Assembly (NCBI GenBank): GCA_963725865.1
Contig: CAVSAC010000012.1
Coordinates: 1,344,001 to 1,408,000, forward strand
DNA: 64,000 nucleotides
Direction of reading: 5' to 3'
Origin: Candidatus Eiseniibacteriota bacterium
Lineage (GTDB): Bacteria > Eisenbacteria > RBG-16-71-46
This document shows positions 1 through 10,427 of the stretch, in pieces. A program made the position numbers and the translations under genes. The notes under the pieces were generated by a model, which saw only the letters and a program-made list of their open reading frames with translations, was not told the DNA's origin and searched no databases. Each line of letters starts with the position of its first letter. Positions within the stretch are counted from its first letter, which is position 1.

Positions 1-284
1 TGGCCCTCGACCAATTCCATGGTGAGGAAACGAATGCCGCCTGCGTCCTCGACGGAATGGAGCGTGACGATGTTGGGGTGATTGAGTGCGGCCACGGTCC
101 GCGCCTCGCGCTCGAGACGCGCGAGCCGATCCCGGTCCGCCGCCACGTCGGAAGGCAGCAGCTTGATCGCGACGTCTCGGCCGAGACGGGAATCGTGTGC
201 GCGATACACCTCGCCCATGCCGCCGGCGCCGAGCGGGCCGACGATCTCGTAGGTGCCGAGGCGGGTGCCGGGGGTCAGTGGCAT
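1..284 (-). CDS. Hanks-type Ser/Thr protein kinase, N-terminal part (runs off the window start)
   Basis: Not in the ORF track. Manual translation from ATG 284 gives MPLTPGTRLGTYEIVGPLGAGGMGEVYRAHDSRLGRDVAIKLLP...LNHPNIVTLHSVE...LTMELVEG, with the Gly-rich loop, VAIK and HPNIV motifs. Confidence 0.95.
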   Translation of the reverse strand, partial: MPLTPGTRLGTYEIVGPLGAGGMGEVYRAHDSRLGRDVAIKLLPSDVAADRDRLARLEREARTVAALNHPNIVTLHSVEDAGGIRFLTMELVEG

Positions 285-423
285 CGCGGGAATCTAACCC
301 ATACTCAGGACGAAGCCCCGCCTGCGGTACACCGATGGCGGGGCCGAGTTGGCTGCGCTGGATCCGCAGCTCCGCGGCGGCCTGCTCGACACGGAGCGCG
401 ATATGGCACTCTCGAGGTTGACC

Positions 424-461
424 GAGGGGGCCGCGCCCGATGTCACCGGCGCGGCCCCCTC
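424..461 (-). terminator. GC-rich hairpin after the FG-GAP gene; probable terminator
   Basis: GAGGGGGCCGCGCC (424-437) and GGCGCGGCCCCCTC (448-461) form a perfect 14-bp stem 6 nt past the stop at 468. No clear U-tract. Confidence 0.6.
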
Positions 462-467
462 CCGCCA

Positions 468-3400
468 TCAGCGCAGCACCATGACGCGGGTGCTCCGCGC
501 GCTCGATCCCTGGGTCAGCCGGACCAGGTAGAGCCCCGGCGCGAGCGCGCGGTCGGCTCCGAGCTGCACCTGATGCCGCCCAGGTCCGAATTGGCCCACT
601 TCGCGGTCGAGCACGCGACGGCCGCTCAGATCGAACAGCTCGATCCGCGCCTCGTGATCGCTGGCCAGAGCGAAGCGGACGGTCAGCTCGTTGCCGGGCG
701 CCGGATTGGGATGCACCGGCTCGAGCGCGAACGCGACGGGCCCGGCGTCGTCGACGCCGGCGGTCCCGGCGGCGTGCGCCGTCGCGAAGCCGCTCTCGTT
801 GCCGTGCACGTCCATGGCCGAGATCTTGTACCAGCTCCCAGCCGGGCCCGGATCGACGTAGCCGGTGTCACCGCGGGTGGCGACGAGATTGCCGGGATCG
901 GGCACGAAGGCGCTCGAGCTGCCCCGATAAATGCGGTAGTACCACAGGTCGGATTCTGCGTTCGCACCCCAATGGAGCGATGTGGCGCCGCTGCCACTCG
1001 TGGCCACGAACGGCGCGGGCGGCGCGGGCGGCAGGTTGTCGACCGAGTACCCTGAATCGGGCGGGGAGTCGAAGAACGTCCCGCTCGTCGCGGTTGCGGC
1101 GCGCACCATGAACGTGGAGCGCGCGAATCCGCCGGCGCCCGAGTCGGCGAGCGTCGCCACGACGAGGTCGTACTCGGTCTCGAGGTTGGCGGGAATGGTG
1201 CCCACGAAGTCCCAGCCGGCGAGTTGGACCCCGTCGGAGCCCGCGTCGTGCCCGCCGGCTGCCGGCGACTGCGGCTCTCGAGCGAGCAGGCGATCACGGC
1301 TCTCCAGCGCAGGCGACGCGACGACCGTGACCGCGCCCTGCTTGCGGAACACGTCGTAGCGGCCGATCGGTGTGGCCGAGCCCAGGTAGTCGAGCGCGCT
1401 GGGCAGGAACTTCACGCGCACCTGGCCGCCCTGGTCGTTCTTCACGTCGCCGATGCTCGTGATCCTCGGCGAGGCATTGGTGACGACACGTTCGTCCACA
1501 CTGAGCGAGCTGCTGCCGAGCATGCGCGCGTCACCCGCGTACACGGCGGTCAGCGATCGCGGGCCCGGGTTGGCCGGGAACGTGCCCAGGGTGGCGATTC
1601 CTCCCACCAGAGGCGCGGAGCCGAGCGGCGTGGTGCCGTCGTAGAACCGCACGGTGCCGGTCGGCGGACCCACGCTCGTGCCGGTACCCGTCACGGTGGC
1701 GGCGAGGGTCGCAGGGAAGCCAACGATCACGGACGCGGGGCTCGCGGTCAGCGCGGTGCGGGTCGGCATGAGCGCCAGCAGCACTCCCGCCCGAGCGGCG
1801 CCGTTTTCGGCCATCGCCAGGTCGGGCTTGCCGTCACCGTTCAAGTCGCCGATCGCGATGCACGACGGCGTGCTGGCCGTCGCATAGTCGAAGCGCGCGA
1901 GGAAGCCGCCGGCGCCGTCGCCGATCAGCACGCTCGCCGAGTCGGCTCCGAGGTCCGCCACCGCCAGGTCGAGGCGCCCATCTCCGTTCAGGTCACCTGA
2001 GGCGATCGTGAACGGGCCGGCGGGCATATGCGTGTCCGCCTTCGCGCCGAACGACGTGCCTCCCAGACCGGGGAACACCGAGATCGAGTTCGCATTCTGA
2101 TTGGCGGCGCACAGCTCCGGCTTGCCGTCGCCGCTCAGCTCGGCGAACACCACCGAGGCGGTGTTCGCCCCGGCCGTGTAGTCGGACCTCGAGGGGAATC
2201 TGCCGAGACCATCGTTCAGCAGGACGCTCACGGTCCCGGCGGTCCAGTTGGCGGTCGCCAGTTCGGGGAAGTTATCGCCGTTCAGATCGCGCACCGCGAG
2301 CGAAATGGGATCGGCGCCGGTGGTGAAATCGGTCTTGGTGCCGAAGCCGCCGAGCCCATTGCCGAGCAGGATCGAGACGTTGCTCGAGGCGCCGTTCGCG
2401 ACGGCCAGGTCGGGCTTGCCGTCGCCGTTCAGGTCGGTGATGACCACCGCCTGCGGTGAGACACCGACGGGGTAGTCGGACTTGGGGCCGAACGAGCCGG
2501 TGCCCGTGCCGAGCAGCACGGAAACGGTGCTCGGGCCGTAGTTCGCCACGGCCATGTCGAGCCGGCCGTCGCCATTCACGTCGCCGAGCGCCACCGCATT
2601 GGGGCTGGCACCGGTGACGAAGTCGGTCTTGGGACCGAAGCCTCCCGCGCCGTCGCCGAGCAGGACCGAAGCGGAGGCGCTTCCGACGTTGGTCGTGACC
2701 ATGTCGGACTTGCCGTCGCCGTTCACGTCACCGAGCGCCACCCAGCGCGGGCTGGTGCCGGCGACGTTCTCGATGCGCGCGCCGAACCGGACCGCCGGAT
2801 CGGCGAGCAGGAGCGAAACCGAGGCGGAGTAGTAGTCGGCCGCCACCAGGTCCGGCCGCCCGTCGCCGTTCAGGTCTCCGATCGCCACCTCGAAGGGCCC
2901 GGAAGCCGTGTGGAACATCGTTCGCGGGCCGAACGTGCCGGTGCCCGTGCCGAGAAGCACCGCGACCGAGTCCACCCCGCCGTCGCCCACCGCGATGTCC
3001 GGCTTGCCGTCGCCGTTCAGGTCCCCGACCGCGGCCGCGAACGGAGCGGTTCCGACCGGATAGACGTTGAACGTGGCGACCCCGCCCACGCCGTCGCCGA
3101 GGAACACGAAGAGATTGTTGTCGAGATTGTCGACGACGATCATGTCGAGCTTGCCGTCGGCGTTCACGTCCGAAAGCAGGACGACGCCGGGCTGGCCGCC
3201 CACGGTCTGATAGAACGCCGGGCTGAGGCCGCCGGTGCCGTTGCCATACAGCACCGCGACCGAGTTGGTGTAGAAGTTCGCGACCGCGGCGTCGAGCTTC
3301 CCGTCGCCGTTCCAGTCGCCGAGCGCGACATGGATCGGATTGAGCGCGGCGAGGGCGATCTGGGGCTGCACGGCGAACGCGCCCCCACCCTGGTTGATCA

Positions 3401-3926
3401 GCACCGAGACACTGTTGGCATCGCCGTTGGCCACCACGAGGTCGGGCCGGCCGTCGCCGTTCAGGTCGCCGGCCGCGACCGATTGCGGCGCCGCGCCGAC
3501 CGTGTAGTCCACGTGCGGTCCGAAGCCGCCCAGACCGTTGCCGAACAGCACCGCGAGCTTGCCCGAGCCGTAGACGGGGACCGCCATGTCGACCTTTCCA
3601 TCGCCGTTCAAGTCGGCGAGGGTGGCCTCCTGGGCCTGGGGCCCGGCGGCGTAATCCGTCGCAGGTCCGAACGTGCTGCCGCCCGTCGCCAGCCTGACCG
3701 AGATCGTCCCGAATGTGGTGTTCGCCACGAGCAGGTCGTTCAGGCCGTCGCCGTTCACATCGCCCACGGTCACCCAGCGCGTGATGCCGCCGCTGAACTG
3801 CAGGTCGAGCCGCTCGCTGGAGCTGAAGCCTTGCGCACACACGAGCGCGGGCAGGGCGACGGCCGAGAGTGCGAGGCAGGTGAGGATCGGGCGTGGGCTG
3901 AAGCCGGCAACAGGGATGCGTGACAT
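468..3926 (-). CDS. Secreted FG-GAP/VCBS-repeat beta-propeller protein with Ig-like (Big_3-like), FN3-like and FlgD-Ig/T9SS-type C-terminal domains
   Basis: About 13 'GD(L/V)NGDG(K/R)xDL' repeats. Signal peptide after ATG 3926 (RBS GAGGGAG). Ig motif PTGTVRFYDGTTPLG. C-terminus PNP...ELFDLSGRRV...LAPGLYLVRL...VMVLR. Confidence 0.9.
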   Translation of the reverse strand: MSRIPVAGFSPRPILTCLALSAVALPALVCAQGFSSSERLDLQFSGGITRWVTVGDVNGDGLNDLLVANTTFGTISVRLATGGSTFGPATDYAAGPQAQEATLADLNGDGKVDMAVPVYGSGKLAVLFGNGLGGFGPHVDYTVGAAPQSVAAGDLNGDGRPDLVVANGDANSVSVLINQGGGAFAVQPQIALAALNPIHVALGDWNGDGKLDAAVANFYTNSVAVLYGNGTGGLSPAFYQTVGGQPGVVLLSDVNADGKLDMIVVDNLDNNLFVFLGDGVGGVATFNVYPVGTAPFAAAVGDLNGDGKPDIAVGDGGVDSVAVLLGTGTGTFGPRTMFHTASGPFEVAIGDLNGDGRPDLVAADYYSASVSLLLADPAVRFGARIENVAGTSPRWVALGDVNGDGKSDMVTTNVGSASASVLLGDGAGGFGPKTDFVTGASPNAVALGDVNGDGRLDMAVANYGPSTVSVLLGTGTGSFGPKSDYPVGVSPQAVVITDLNGDGKPDLAVANGASSNVSILLGNGLGGFGTKTDFTTGADPISLAVRDLNGDNFPELATANWTAGTVSVLLNDGLGRFPSRSDYTAGANTASVVFAELSGDGKPELCAANQNANSISVFPGLGGTSFGAKADTHMPAGPFTIASGDLNGDGRLDLAVADLGADSASVLIGDGAGGFLARFDYATASTPSCIAIGDLNGDGKPDLAMAENGAARAGVLLALMPTRTALTASPASVIVGFPATLAATVTGTGTSVGPPTGTVRFYDGTTPLGSAPLVGGIATLGTFPANPGPRSLTAVYAGDARMLGSSSLSVDERVVTNASPRITSIGDVKNDQGGQVRVKFLPSALDYLGSATPIGRYDVFRKQGAVTVVASPALESRDRLLAREPQSPAAGGHDAGSDGVQLAGWDFVGTIPANLETEYDLVVATLADSGAGGFARSTFMVRAATATSGTFFDSPPDSGYSVDNLPPAPPAPFVATSGSGATSLHWGANAESDLWYYRIYRGSSSAFVPDPGNLVATRGDTGYVDPGPAGSWYKISAMDVHGNESGFATAHAAGTAGVDDAGPVAFALEPVHPNPAPGNELTVRFALASDHEARIELFDLSGRRVLDREVGQFGPGRHQVQLGADRALAPGLYLVRLTQGSSARSTRVMVLR

Positions 3927-4144
3927 GTCTCCCTCGCGGGGTTGGGGTGTCGGCCCATGGTCACCCCATAGAACGGCCGAGGGCTCCGGGTTGAACACCG
4001 CGCGAGTGAGATGGTCGCCCGATGGCCTGGCTCGAGCTGCTCGAATCGACCCGAAAGCGCCGCGGAGCGGTCCGGGAGAGCGCTGCTCGATCCGTCCGAG
4101 CGACCGGGCCGCACGACGAGCAGTCGCGGTCGCGCGACGTCAGC

Positions 4145-5821
4145 TCACGCCGGCGAGAGCGGTGGTGCAGTCTCGGCCGGCCCCGTCGGAACGTGCTCGG
4201 ACCACCACGCCACCGCGCGCTCCTCGCTCCACGGGTCCGCGAGCGGAACCGAGCCCAGCAGGCGCGCGACCTCGCGGGCGCTCTGCGGTCTGCGATCCGG
4301 AGCCTTCGCCAGGCAGCGCAGGATCAAGGCGTCGAGATCCCGCGGGATCGCTCCGGGACAATGACGCGACGGCGGATCGGGCTCGACGTTCACGTGCTTC
4401 GAAACGATGTCGAGCACGCTGGAGCCCTCGAACACCTGCCGTCCGGTGACGAGCCAGTACGCGACGCAGCCGAGCCCGTAGAGGTCGCTGCGGCCGTCGA
4501 GCTCCTGGCCCAAAGCGACCTCGGGGGCCATGAAGGCCGGGGTGCCGATCGCGTGCTCCGGCAGCGTGAGACGCAGCTCCGCAGGCGCCGCGGGCCGGAG
4601 ATGCGCGACGAGCCCGAAGTCCAGCACCTTGATGAAGTCGCGCCGAACTCCGGAGCGGCACACGTAGATGTTCGCGGGCTTTACGTCGCGGTGGATCAGA
4701 CCCTTCTCGTGTGCTTCCTCGAGCGATTCGCATACCTGAGTCAGGAGGTGCACCACGCGCGACGGAGGCAACGGTCCGAAACGGCCGACGAGCAGATCGA
4801 GGTCGAGGCCGTCCAGCAGTTCCATGATGTAGTAGAAGGTGCCGTCGTCCGAGACCCCGAAGTCGTAGAGTTCGACGGTATGCGCGGAGGTCAGCGAGGC
4901 GGTCGCCTTGGCCTCGAGCTCGAATCGCCGGATCATCGTTCTCGACACCTCCGCACTCATCCCCAGGATCGACTCCGGCCGGATGAACTTGATGGCCGCC
5001 TCGCGTGCCAGGAGCTGGTGGGACGCCTTCCACACCTCCCCCATTCCGCCCTGACCGAGGCGTTCGATCAGACGGTAGCTCCCGAGCTCGCGGGCACGGG
5101 ACACGTCCGAACCCAGCCTGAACATGATGCGAGCGCTGGCGTAGGCGAGGCCGACGCAGATGAGGTAGGGAAAGACATGAGCGAAGAAGAACGATTCCGG
5201 CGTGAAGATGTGCGATAGCCCCGCGCGCTGCACCGCGATCCAGATCATCACGGGCGGAGCGGAGGCGGACGCGATCAATGCGAGCATCGCCCTGCCGGGC
5301 GGCGCGGGGACGACGATCGAGTAGGTGATCATCCAGATCGCGACCCACGACGGGGAGAGCGCGAAGAAGATGATCGGGGTGTCCGCGAACCGGTCCGCCC
5401 CGACGTACATCGCGAGCGCGATGCCGTAACTTCCGAGGACTTCGAACACCAGTCCGAGGCGCAGCTTGCCTCGCCACGTCATGCGCGGGCTGGACGCGAG
5501 CCACGCGACCGCCAATCCGGTCAGAATCGACGCCACGAGCGGAACCCAGTCGGCCGGGTTCCGGAAGTTCTGCGAGAGCTGTCCCCTGACGAGGTCGGGC
5601 GCGAGATCCGACAAGAGGTACGCGCCCGAGTAGAGCAACGCGATGTTTCGCAGGCGCCGGGGAACCTGCTCCTGAAGGTGCGGCGGCAGGGTCCATCCGG
5701 ACGCCGGCTTCGCTCGCGGTGCGGTGTGTCCGCGAGGAAGGAAGAGGGCGTCACCCGGAGACGCCTTGAGAGTCTCCGCGACGTGGATGGACCCGAGTGG
5801 CTGCGTTCCTTCCGGCTTCAC
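4145..5821 (-). CDS. Membrane Ser/Thr kinase with N-terminal multi-TM domain and C-terminal kinase domain (start approximate)
   Basis: About 6 hydrophobic segments, then LGQGGMGEVW, AAIK, IHRDVKPAN, DFGL and GTPAFMAPE. The upstream part of ORF 4145..6541 overlaps aqpZ and is spurious. Confidence 0.9.
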   Translation of the reverse strand: MKPEGTQPLGSIHVAETLKASPGDALFLPRGHTAPRAKPASGWTLPPHLQEQVPRRLRNIALLYSGAYLLSDLAPDLVRGQLSQNFRNPADWVPLVASILTGLAVAWLASSPRMTWRGKLRLGLVFEVLGSYGIALAMYVGADRFADTPIIFFALSPSWVAIWMITYSIVVPAPPGRAMLALIASASAPPVMIWIAVQRAGLSHIFTPESFFFAHVFPYLICVGLAYASARIMFRLGSDVSRARELGSYRLIERLGQGGMGEVWKASHQLLAREAAIKFIRPESILGMSAEVSRTMIRRFELEAKATASLTSAHTVELYDFGVSDDGTFYYIMELLDGLDLDLLVGRFGPLPPSRVVHLLTQVCESLEEAHEKGLIHRDVKPANIYVCRSGVRRDFIKVLDFGLVAHLRPAAPAELRLTLPEHAIGTPAFMAPEVALGQELDGRSDLYGLGCVAYWLVTGRQVFEGSSVLDIVSKHVNVEPDPPSRHCPGAIPRDLDALILRCLAKAPDRRPQSAREVARLLGSVPLADPWSEERAVAWWSEHVPTGPAETAPPLSPA

Positions 5822-5904
5822 GCGTACTGTCCAATGTCGATCACGCGCCCGTTTCGAAGCGCCCCGGGCGGTCGCCGGCTGCGCGCGCGGTCGCGGTCGC
5901 GACC

Positions 5905-6594
5905 TCAGTCGTCGCGATTGCCGAGCGCGCGATAGACGGTCGCGCCCAGCAGCGCTCCGATGATCGGTGCCACCCAGAAAAGCCACAGCTGCGCGACCGC
6001 CCAGCCGCCTACGAACAACGCGACGCCCGTGCTGCGCGCGGGGTTCACGGACGTGTTCGTGACCGGGATGCTGATCAGGTGGATCAGGGTCAGGCCCAGC
6101 CCGATCGCGATCGGCGCGAACCCCTGCGGAGCACGCTTGGCGGTCGCGCCCATGATGATCAGCAGGAACATCATCGTCATGACCACTTCGGTCACGAACG
6201 CCGAGACCAGCGAGTAGCCGCCAGGCGAGTGCTCGCCGTAGCCGTTCGAGGCCATGCCACCGGCGATGTCGAACCCGGGCTTGCCGCTGGCGATGAAGTA
6301 CAGGACGCCGCCGGCGACGATCCCGCCCAGGACCTGGGCGACGATGTACGGAATCACCTGCTTGGCCGGAAACCGCCCTCCCGCCCACAGGCCGATGGAC
6401 ACCGCCGGGTTCAGGTGGCAACCCGAGATGTGCCCGATCGCAAAGGCCATGGTCAGGACGGTCAGGCCGAATGCGAGCGCGACGCCCAGCAGCCCGATCC
6501 CGACCTGGGGGAAGGCCGCTGCGATGACGGCGCTCCCACACCCTCCGAGCACCAGCCAGAACGTCCCGAAGAACTCCGCCCCGTACTGTTTCAT
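5905..6594 (-). CDS. aqpZ: Aquaporin Z
   Basis: [17 protein letters not shown], two NPA boxes (HLNPAV, SVNPARS), [17 protein letters not shown] before ATG 6594. Confidence 0.97.
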   Translation of the reverse strand: MKQYGAEFFGTFWLVLGGCGSAVIAAAFPQVGIGLLGVALAFGLTVLTMAFAIGHISGCHLNPAVSIGLWAGGRFPAKQVIPYIVAQVLGGIVAGGVLYFIASGKPGFDIAGGMASNGYGEHSPGGYSLVSAFVTEVVMTMMFLLIIMGATAKRAPQGFAPIAIGLGLTLIHLISIPVTNTSVNPARSTGVALFVGGWAVAQLWLFWVAPIIGALLGATVYRALGNRDD

Positions 6595-6672
6595 CGCGGC
6601 CTCCATTCCGTGGAAAGCGTCACCTGCAGGCGGGGTGATGAATACACCCCCGCGGCAGGCGACTGAGGCGGC

Positions 6673-8142
6673 CTACTTGGCCGCCACGACTTCCGCTCCC
6701 GCCCTCTCGGCCAGCGCCCGGCGGACGCCCGCCGCGTAGTCGGGATGCACCTTCTGGAAGTGCCCGAGCTGGCGTTCGACGATCGCGGTCGGCACGCCCT
6801 GCATCGCCGCCGCGGTGTTCGAGAACAAGCGGGCCTTCTGATCCTTGTCGAACAGATTGAAGAGCGCGCGCGGCTGCCCGTAGTCGTCGTTGCCCTCGCG
6901 GTGGTTGTAGCGGTCCGCGTCGCCCGAGATCTTCAGCGGCGGCTCCGCCACGTCCGGGCGCTCGGCCGGGCCGTTGAACGAGTTCGGTTCGTAGTAGGCG
7001 TCGGCGTTGGCGTTGGCCGGGAAGAACCGCATCGCCCCGTCCTTGTGGTAGTGCTGCACGGGGCCCTTCGGCGCGTTGACGGGCAGTGCCTCGTAGTGCG
7101 TGCCGAGCCGGTGCCGATGCGCGTCCGCGTACGAGAAGATGCGCGCCTGGAGCATCTTGTCCGGCGAGAATCCGATGCCCGGCACGATGTTCGAGGGCGA
7201 GAACGCGGCCTGCTCGATGTCCGTGAAGTAGTTCTCCGGGTTGCGGCTCAGTTCCATCACGCCGACGTCGATCAGCGGGTAATCGCCGTGGGGCCAGACC
7301 TTGGTCAGGTCGAACGGGTTGTAGGGCGTCTTTTCGGCGTCCACCTCCGGCATCACCTGGATGGCGAAGCGCCACTTCGGGAAGTCGCCCTTCTCGATCG
7401 CCCCGTAGAGATCCTCCTGCGTGGACTCGCGCGTCGCGCCGACGACCTTCGCCGCTTCGGCGTTGGTCCAGTGCTTGTGGCCCTGCATCGTCTTGAAGTG
7501 GAACTTCACCCAGAACCGCTCGTTGCGCGCGTTGATGAGGCTGTAGGTGTGGCTGCCATAGCCATTGATGTGGCGCACGCCGATCGGCAGGCCGCGATCC
7601 GACATCAGGATCGTGACCTGATGCAGGGATTCGGGCGACAGCGACCAGAAATCCCACATCGCGGTGTTCGAGCGCAGATTGGTCCGCGGATGCCGCTTCT
7701 GGGTGTGGATGAAGTCGGGGAACTTGTACGGGTCGCGGATGAAGAAGACGGGCGTGTTGTTGCCGACGAGGTCCCAGTTGCCATCCTCGGTATAGAACTT
7801 CAACGCGAAACCGCGCACGTCACGCTCGGCGTCCGCGGCACCCGCCTCACCCGCCACGGTCGAGAAGCGGGCCAGCATCTCCGTTTTCTTGCCGACCTTG
7901 GAGAAGACGCTTGCCTTGCTGTACTTCGTGATGTCGTGAGTGATGGTCAGCGTGCCGAAGGCGCCCCAGCCCTTGGCGTGCACCGTGCGCTCGGGGATCC
8001 GCTCGCGGTTCTGGTGCGCCAGCTTCTCGAGCAGCTGGTAGTCCTGCATCAGCACGGGGCCTCGCGGGCCGGCCGTGATCGCGTTCTGGTTGTCGGCGAT
8101 GGGAGCGCCGGCGGTGGTCGTGAGAGTCGGTTTGTCGCTCAT
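6673..8142 (-). CDS. katA: Monofunctional heme catalase (small-subunit type)
   Basis: [13 protein letters not shown] (distal His), [25 protein letters not shown] (proximal Tyr). RBS AAGGAG. Confidence 0.96.
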   Translation of the reverse strand: MSDKPTLTTTAGAPIADNQNAITAGPRGPVLMQDYQLLEKLAHQNRERIPERTVHAKGWGAFGTLTITHDITKYSKASVFSKVGKKTEMLARFSTVAGEAGAADAERDVRGFALKFYTEDGNWDLVGNNTPVFFIRDPYKFPDFIHTQKRHPRTNLRSNTAMWDFWSLSPESLHQVTILMSDRGLPIGVRHINGYGSHTYSLINARNERFWVKFHFKTMQGHKHWTNAEAAKVVGATRESTQEDLYGAIEKGDFPKWRFAIQVMPEVDAEKTPYNPFDLTKVWPHGDYPLIDVGVMELSRNPENYFTDIEQAAFSPSNIVPGIGFSPDKMLQARIFSYADAHRHRLGTHYEALPVNAPKGPVQHYHKDGAMRFFPANANADAYYEPNSFNGPAERPDVAEPPLKISGDADRYNHREGNDDYGQPRALFNLFDKDQKARLFSNTAAAMQGVPTAIVERQLGHFQKVHPDYAAGVRRALAERAGAEVVAAK

Positions 8143-8328
8143 GGCTGTGCTCCTTCAGTGGGTTTGCAACGACGCGTCGGACTCTAGCGCAGGCATGGCG
8201 GAGGCGAAAGCGGGCCCCGGCGCCACGACGGAAACCCGGCTGGAAAAGTGACTTGCTCCCCGGCTCGAACACCGAGGCAATCGGCAGCGAGCCGAATCGC
8301 GTGCCTGCGGCCCGCGTTATCGTCGCCG

Positions 8329-8433
8329 TCATGTCCGGATCGCCGCCGCGGCAGCGGTCGCCGGGTCCTTCCAGCGGGCGACGTCCACGCCCATCACGAG
8401 CAGCCACAGGGTCAGCGATAGTCCCGCCACGGT
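8329..8433 (-). pseudogene. C-terminal remnant of a DUF4386-like membrane protein
   Basis: GLSLTLWLLVMGVDVARWKDPATAA* resembles the DUF4386 C-terminus (recognised from memory). No upstream body is present. Confidence 0.55.
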
Positions 8434-8615
8434 GACATCGCACGCGAGGGTGATGAGCTCAGCGGCGCCGCAATCCCTGCCATCACCGCATTTGTGCTCA
8501 AATGCGGTTCTCCTCACACGAGCGATGGCATCCAATCCGCAGGCGAATCGGTTCGTATCGGCAGAGGCCCGCATGAGGCCGCGGACCTTCAGTACGGCTT
8601 CGCCTCGAGAAGGGG

Positions 8616-8843
8616 CTACGGCGTGGTGGGGTGCCCCTGATTCGTACCGCCGTGAAGGAGCTTGAACCCGATCTGCGTGCCCATCTGCAGCACGTAGCCG
8701 AGCTGAATGTTCAGATAAGCGAACGGCTCGAGCAGTCTCGCGTTCTTGAGCGGTCCGGCATCAATGGCGTCGAATCCGATCTCGCGCGCGAGGGCGCTCC
8801 CCACGTTGCCGCCGCCAATGATGCCGATCTTCTTCGTCGCCAT
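8616..8843 (-). pseudogene. NADPH-dependent F420 reductase-like (F420_oxidored) gene with a large in-frame internal deletion
   Basis: RBS AAGGAG, then MATKKIGIIGGGNVGSALAR joined directly to the C-terminal EIGFDAIDAGPLKNARLLEP...GFKLLH. It is 75 aa against about 200 aa typical. Confidence 0.8.
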
Positions 8844-8917
8844 GGCTGGTCTCCTTGGCCGAGGCTTACCCCTCTGCCGGGGCTTACTTGGCGAGGCCGA
8901 GGTGCACCTCACTCCTC

Positions 8918-9187
8918 TCAAATACCCATGTCCCCGAGCGCCTTGGCGGCGCGCGCCATCGTCGCCGTCAGGTCGGGGTGCGTGACCTCGAAGCGCGTCA
9001 CCGCGGCGTGGAGCTGGTCGACGAGAGTCTGGTGGGCGCCCGCCGGCGTGCCCGAGCGGGCGAGTACGGACTGGATGTCCACCGACAGCTGCTTGAGGAG
9101 TTTGCGATCCGCCTCCGCGAGCGGGGCCGCCTTGTCGAGTGTGTGGTGAAGTTGCTTCAAGAGGTCTCGAACCGAGTTGTCGGTCAT
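8918..9187 (-). CDS. DUF4404-family small helical protein
   Basis: 89 aa, ending RFEVTHPDLT...ALGDMGI, the characteristic family terminus. Confidence 0.8.
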   Translation of the reverse strand: MTDNSVRDLLKQLHHTLDKAAPLAEADRKLLKQLSVDIQSVLARSGTPAGAHQTLVDQLHAAVTRFEVTHPDLTATMARAAKALGDMGI

Positions 9188-9412
9188 CGGGTGCTCCGGA
9201 TGGATGAACCAGGGCGCGGATCGCGTGCTCGCCGCGGCGCCGATCGTGAGTCCGAGCGGCATCCTGGCGAGTCGCTCCGAGGGACTCGTGCGGATCCGCC
9301 GTGACCGCCGAGCGCGCGACATGAACAGCGTACCCGTTCGGCGAGCGGTCGCCCAGCGGAGGGCGACGCGCTCACCGAACGGCCCGCATCGTACGCGGCG
9401 AGCGGTGAATGG

Positions 9413-10042
9413 CTATCTCAGGTTCCGCTCTTCCAGCCGCGCGAGCACCCGGCCGCCGGAATCCAGCAGCTCGAGGGTCCGACCGAGCACGCGGTAGCGG
9501 CGCGTATCGTTGAGCGCGCGGAGAAACGCGGACTCGGTCTTCATGTCGGGGCAGGCCATCATGGTCGCGACGATCCGTCCGAACCGCAGCGTGTCCCGGC
9601 CGGCGGTGTAGCTGCCGGAGAACCGATTGCAGCCACCCGATCCGGTGAGGCGCTGCGAGCTCGGTTCGAGCACGAGCCAGGGCTCGTGCTGCGCATCGGC
9701 CACGGTCACGTTCAGCTCGCCGATACGAACCGGGCGCCAGCGGGAGTTGGTCAGACCCGTCCACGATTCGGACGGCTGGCACGTCTCGCCCGGCATCGCG
9801 GCCACGAACTCCTCCACGACCAGGGTCGGCTCCGTGCCGGACCCTTCCATCCTTGCGCGCTGCTCGATGCGGCCCTCGAGGCTCACCTTCGGCTCGGCCC
9901 CGGGCTCGGCGCTGCGAGCGGCGTACTCGCGCTCGAGCCTCCGATACTCGCCGCTCGGCTCCACCGGCCATTCGAGCCCCGAGCGGCAGTCGTGGAACCG
10001 CGCCGCGATGAGGAGCTTGAGCGCGATCGGTGAGTGTCGCAT
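9413..10042 (-). CDS. NlpE C-terminal OB-like domain plus META (HslJ) domain; apparently N-terminally truncated
   Basis: AARFHDCRSGLEWPV...LEREY...MPGETC, then META motifs GSGGCNRFSGSY and TMMACPD. No signal peptide or lipobox. Confidence 0.75.
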   Translation of the reverse strand: MRHSPIALKLLIAARFHDCRSGLEWPVEPSGEYRRLEREYAARSAEPGAEPKVSLEGRIEQRARMEGSGTEPTLVVEEFVAAMPGETCQPSESWTGLTNSRWRPVRIGELNVTVADAQHEPWLVLEPSSQRLTGSGGCNRFSGSYTAGRDTLRFGRIVATMMACPDMKTESAFLRALNDTRRYRVLGRTLELLDSGGRVLARLEERNLR

Positions 10043-10312
10043 GAGGGGATCCCCTCGAAGAGTTCCCTGTCCGGTCGCGCGGCCGTGGGCTACCGTCACG
10101 AGGTCGACGGAAGACCCGTGAGGGTGCGCCACTCTCAAGAGAGTCAGCGCGCGGGAACAGTGAGGAGACAACCGCCCTCGCGGCTCGATACGACTCCCTA
10201 CCTTCTCGGAAGTCAACGTCGAACCCTCATCGTCCGTTCTCACTATTGGTAGGTCGGATCGGCCCCCGCCGGCGCTCGGCAGCGTCCGGCAGCACCCGCC
10301 CCGGAGCGCACG

Positions 10313-10426
10313 GTTCGGGTGATCGTCGGCCGGACTCTGCCGCTCGAGTCGGCGGTGGAAGCGCACGAGCAGCCGGAGCGCGGCGGCGCCAGCGGCAAGA
10401 TCGTCCTCCGCGTGGCGCGATCGTGA
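10313..10426 (+). pseudogene. C-terminal remnant of an MDR/quinone oxidoreductase (ADH_zinc_N_2-like)
   Basis: Manual translation VRVIVGRTLPLESAVEAHEQPERGGASGKIVLRVARS*. Confidence 0.7.
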
Positions 10427-10427
10427 A

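Noticed and set aside
10043..10056. Perfect palindrome GAGGGGATCCCCTC upstream of the META gene
   Set aside because: It is a single short GC-rich palindrome with no supporting context and could be chance.
10170..10202. Resemblance to the 3' half of a fluoride riboswitch (AACCGCC...GGCT...GACTCCCTACC)
   Set aside because: The 5' GGNGATGG element is absent, several insertions are needed, and no crcB or eriC gene follows.
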